Source: Minisyncoccota bacterium (GTDB taxonomy: Bacteria; Patescibacteriota; Minisyncoccia; Phycocordibacterales; WO2-35-19). From it: a stretch of 64,000 bases of DNA. The notes under the pieces are model-generated. The model was not told where the DNA came from. It did no database searches and saw only the letters and a program-made list of their open reading frames with translations. Shown here one piece after another: positions 63,803-64,000 of this stretch (position 1 is its first letter; each line of letters begins with the position of its first letter). The stretch lies in the NCBI GenBank assembly GCA_036517255.1, contig DATDXE010000006.1:8023-72022 (forward strand), given 5' to 3'. The translations under genes and the position numbers were made by a program.

Positions 63803-64000
63803 ATTTATTATCTCAAAAACAAACTATAAAAAAGATCCTATGCTTTCTTTTTATTAGTCTCGTCTATTATCCGCAAATAGCCAGCGCCACAATTTACCAG
63901 CCGGGTGAGACTCTGGAACCAGATTGTGCTCCAATCTCTCCTAATTGTGGGGTAGCGACAACAACATTAATCGGATTGTTTGGCTATATTAATGCTACTT
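63796..64000 (+). CDS. Secreted/surface protein, N-terminal part (3' truncated)
   Basis: MGYLLSQKQTIKKILCFLFISLVYYPQIASA|TIYQPGETLEPDCAPISPNCGV..., open to the window end. Confidence 0.75.
   Translation, partial: MGYLLSQKQTIKKILCFLFISLVYYPQIASATIYQPGETLEPDCAPISPNCGVATTTLIGLFGYINAT

Noticed and set aside
1-64000. CRISPR array, rRNA, tRNA, integron attC array, stop-codon recoding
   Set aside because: No regularly spaced repeats or RNA gene signatures seen by eye; cassette hairpins are unrelated in sequence; conserved genes read intact in the standard code, with TGA ending some ORFs

Overview
Chromosomal window of an AT-rich, reduced-genome bacterium using the standard genetic code. Gene content points to Patescibacteria/CPR (Parcubacteria-like): short ProRS, AlaRS without C-Ala, archaeal-type AspRS, short UvrC, and a degenerate FtsA-like plus baseplate-J-like gene pair. 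This assignment is an inference, and all family calls come from motif recognition by eye, not database searches. The backbone is housekeeping: rseP-proS-mreBCD-pbp2, uppP-obg, hisS/uvrC, alaS, infA-rpmJ-rpsMKD-rpoA-rplQM-rpsI, grpE/dnaK-dnaJ, trpS, aspS, scpAB-dac-mraY-ftsW-murG-truB, rmuC, rplU, dnaB-recR-VKOR, a UvrD-nuclease and a CsoR-controlled copper operon. No rRNA, tRNA, CRISPR array or transposase was recognised. The main find is at the right end. An unannotated 59-aa phage-Mu Com-like zinc-ribbon gene is bracketed by repeated bipartite GAGRCTC-NN-GAAGYCC motifs. The two flanking copies each overlap a hairpin that hides a translation start region, one for the gene itself and one for a secreted protein. 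This looks like a Com/mom-type RNA switch used for a surface protein. Other highlights: an aldehyde dehydrogenase fused to a class-I LysRS-like anticodon-binding domain, a leader-peptide attenuator with micro-ORFs upstream of peptidase-trpS, an ArsR gene between two inward-facing operator/-10 inverted repeats, a structured orphan ncRNA, a tandem asparaginase, an Asp-to-Glu LuxR regulator, and many self-contained SD-led micro-gene cassettes in an otherwise apparently leaderless genome.
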